This document shows positions 60,750-64,000 of a stretch of DNA of 64,000 nucleotides, piece after piece; the stretch's first letter is position 1; every line of letters starts with the position of its first letter. The translations under genes were made by a program, and so were the position numbers. This DNA comes from Adineta vaga (lineage: Eukaryota > Animalia > Rotifera): the NCBI GenBank assembly GCA_021613535.1, contig CP075497.1:1054001-1118000 (forward strand). Reading direction: 5' to 3'. The notes beneath the pieces were generated by a model. The model had not been told where the DNA came from. It saw only the letters and a program-made list of their open reading frames with translations, and made no database searches.

Positions 60750-63700
60750 TGTGGTTTATTGCTGGTCCTCTAAATAGAAATATAAAGTTACTCTTACTTA
60801 CAAGCCAGTGCAATATTATTTGCTGCTTCAAAGTGGCTGACTATTCTTTGCAGAATCGTAGTAGTGTAAGAAACGAAATTCGAAGTCAGCTGTTGAAGTG
60901 ATTCTCAATTATTGCACCCATGGAGCTTTCTTATTCGACCGCGCTCTCTACAAAACAACATATTTCAATTCTTTTTTCTCCTAGAATACTGCTGACAAAT
61001 ATCAACTTATTTCATTAGCAATGAGTACTTTATGAAAGTGATATATAAAGGCATAATCAGAATTTAGGGTACGTTCTTATCTAGGTACAATTCGACTTCC
61101 TTCAGGGTAAGTTATAGTAGTGTCTTTCCTATAGATGATTTTACCATGTTAACCAGTTTCATTCAGCGTACTGTTGTTCAGTATAATGAACCTCTTTCAA
61201 AATAATATACCTATATATGAGAATAAATATGTAGAATCGATTTTTCTTAAAATATCCATCCAGCTCTTACAAAGCTCCGTCATCAGTTTGGAAGAAACTT
61301 TTTCAATCCAAATTTGAATGCTTATTCGAAAAAAAGCTTAGATTCTGAATACACTTTCCATCATTGCAATGTCGTAGTCAAGAGGAAAAGTATACATTTG
61401 AAGTACAAAAGTACTAAGAAGTACAGAGGTAATGGAGTGTAATGACAATTTAATCGAAATAGGCGAAAGCAGTAAAAAACACAGTAAAGCAGTGCTAACT
61501 AATTCTAAGTTAATGAAGGTGGTTAAAGTATGTCATATAGTGATTAATACAGTTCAAAAAGACCTATATTTACAGTAGATGGAGTTTTTGTACATCAAGG
61601 CAAATGATCGGGAACATACGTACTATTTCGAACACTAGTCTCCTTCGATAGGATTTGTTAGCAACTGAAAATGTGTTCATAAAAAGTTTTTGATCCAGAA
61701 GAAAACATGTATTTCATGAAAGTTTGAGCTTCAGATTATCGTCTGGCAAAATACACTGTCCTTATTATTTCTTTCGTTGCAAATAATAGAGATACTCTAA
61801 TAAACGTGTTCAATCAAACTTAAGAAAAAGGTATTTGCTAGAAATGATTATATATCTTTCTTTATTTCTTTATATTTATATATGTATAGATGTAGTTGTT
61901 TTGATCGACAGTTATAAGAAAATGAAAGCTTACTCAACTGAGGATTATACTTTCTAGGATGAACATTCTGGTTGCTCAGATCGTGATCTTACTACATATT
62001 CAGATTTATGGTAACTTTACCGCAGTTTGGAGATAAAGCTCTTTCTATGTGCTGAAACTAATTGTAATAAAAGTTCGTCAGTGTTGTGAAAGATGATTAG
62101 ATGATGAACCATGCTTTTCGAGAAGTGAATGATGCCATTGATGAAAGAAAGCGTGAGTTCTGCATCGATCCATGAAAGAGTTGAATCTTGATCGCTGAAA
62201 GTATTTCTAACATGAAAATATCGACTAGCGAGGGTCAGCTATACATGGTAGAATACTATCGGGTGAATAAAGAAGCCAGTTATCATGCAGTAAGCTATGT
62301 AATTTATATGATGAGAGGCACATTAAAATGCGGGTTTATTCGTTTTATTAGAGAATCAATCAGCTTGCGAGTATATAGTCATCTCACTAAAGCTCATCGG
62401 AACCAGATAGTATAATGATAATATAATTGGAAAAGCAATAAATCTATTGAATTCTATCATGTTTCTAAAATATTAGTATAAGCTTCAAAAATCAAATCAA
62501 ATATTCTCTCCTAGACTAATCCAATATCGTAGAGTTTCCAAACTTCTTGCATGACATATATTCTAGAAATGCGAGCCTAATACAACAAGCGAGACAATGA
62601 TAACAGCCTGAGTACACGAATTGACAAACCTTGGAGAAAGCTATAAACTCAATTTAAATGTTTCCATACATTCCTGGCATTATTTCAGATCACCATGCTG
62701 CCCGAATAATAAATAGTTATTGTGAATCTTAATTGTCGTTTTATAAGCATGAGATAGACTTTAATGAACTACTTTACAAAATCTATTCTCTTACCACCTC
62801 TTTTCCTAGTATACTAATTCTGAGTACATGAAATAAATAAATTAATACGTGAAGAAATTTTTTTTTCTAGATTTTATGAAGATCGTGCGATGTGACACTA
62901 TTCACTTATTCATTAATCTTCATCATCTAACTAAAGTTGGTGTACTAAGAAAAATAGCAATGAAAGAATTGTTCATTTTGAGCCGTATAACAAGCTTACG
63001 TCGAGATAGATGACAAATAACCTATTGTATTCGTATTCGTAACGCGAAAGTTTATTTCACCATAAGACTGGCTATGATTAAATTTTGTGGTGCATAGCCC
63101 GATTGCAAAAACTGCATGGGTCAAAGTTCTACTCATATGTAACATGGCAGATTTTAGATCAGTTCGAATATACATCTAGTTAAGCTGAGACTTGATTGTA
63201 ATTAGATCATAAATATACTGCTGTTCACAAATAGAAATCAATGTACTTGAAGAACAAAACGGATAAAATAATTTTCAGTGAACGAATGATCGAAAGACAA
63301 ATAGCAGATCGTAGTTACTCCTGATAAACTACAGTCGCATTAAATAGCACCGAGACTCCTAGGTTGTCTCATCTAGTTCGAAATACGGCTGTTCCCTCCT
63401 TGAGTCTAGTTCAATGAAGATCTGATCACATATAGAAATATATAGAACAATGACTTACTTAAATGTACGTGTATCTCTGTATTGCAATTATAGTCTCTGA
63501 TTTGTGACCTGTTGGTGGAATAAGTTAATGTGTGATGATATTATGACGAAGATAAACGAAATATCTTGAACAAAATAACAATATAATTGAGTTTTCAATC
63601 ATAGAATAAAAAGAATACTATTATCGAAGAACGATATCTATATAAAGACTAATATAAGCATATAGGAAAATACCAAGTAGAAAGGAAAGAAAAATAAATC

Positions 63701-64000
63701 CGTTGACGTTATTGCCAGGAGAGAGAACACGAAAGAGATGAATGACTCATGTACTACTAAGAAGGACGAGCATATAAGGAGATGAATGACACATATAGTG
63801 TTAAAAAGGAAAATCGTACATGGAAATTTTAGATTGACAAATAATGATGATGATAGTTCCATAGAGAGAGTGATTCGTCATCTTTTTTCGCGTACCCAAC
63901 AGAACGAAAAATTTTGTCAGTATTCAGGAGGTTAAAACAAAATTTCGTGATCCGTGTATATTAGGAAAATCAACGACTAGTTTGGTTCTCTACAGCACAA

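Noticed and set aside
60800-64000. Short ORFs and possible decayed coding sequence
   Set aside because: No motifs, splice-consistent structure or repeats could be supported.
1-64000. tRNA, rRNA or hammerhead ribozyme (Penelope/Athena-associated) motifs
   Set aside because: The CTGATGA occurrences checked lack the flanking stems and GAAA core, and no tRNA or rRNA signature was seen by eye. An Infernal/tRNAscan run would be decisive.

Overview
AT-rich eukaryotic genomic DNA with compact genes and short (~47-75 bp) GT-AG introns. The gene families (NHL-repeat, FG-GAP/TM, orphan GPCR, VIT-vWA, TPR, bacterial-type genes) and the (TGTGGG)n telomere-type motif point to a bdelloid rotifer, probably Adineta-like; this is an inference. 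About 20 genes or pseudogenes are present, many of them disrupted. There are three DNA-transposon relics: a CMC/EnSpm-like non-autonomous element, a hAT remnant, and a Ginger2-like element inserted in a P-type ATPase gene. Highlights: (1) About 14 short elements of the form TGAGGG(TGTGGG)n - variable spacer - (CCCACA)nCCCTCAAGATG, i.e. head-to-head telomere-like inverted repeats, sit in most intergenic intervals between 1 and 47 kb. (2) A ~10.6 kb apparently intronless locus encodes tandem Ulp1/C48-like domains, a SecA-type ATPase, TPR, a hydrophobic segment, an apparently circularly permuted OTU, a Gly-Gly motif and a toxin-like C-terminus. (3) A phage tail-collar domain is spliced to a eukaryotic membrane anchor. 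(4) A bacterial-type Rid gene carries a signal peptide. All calls come from reading motifs by eye; no database searches were run.
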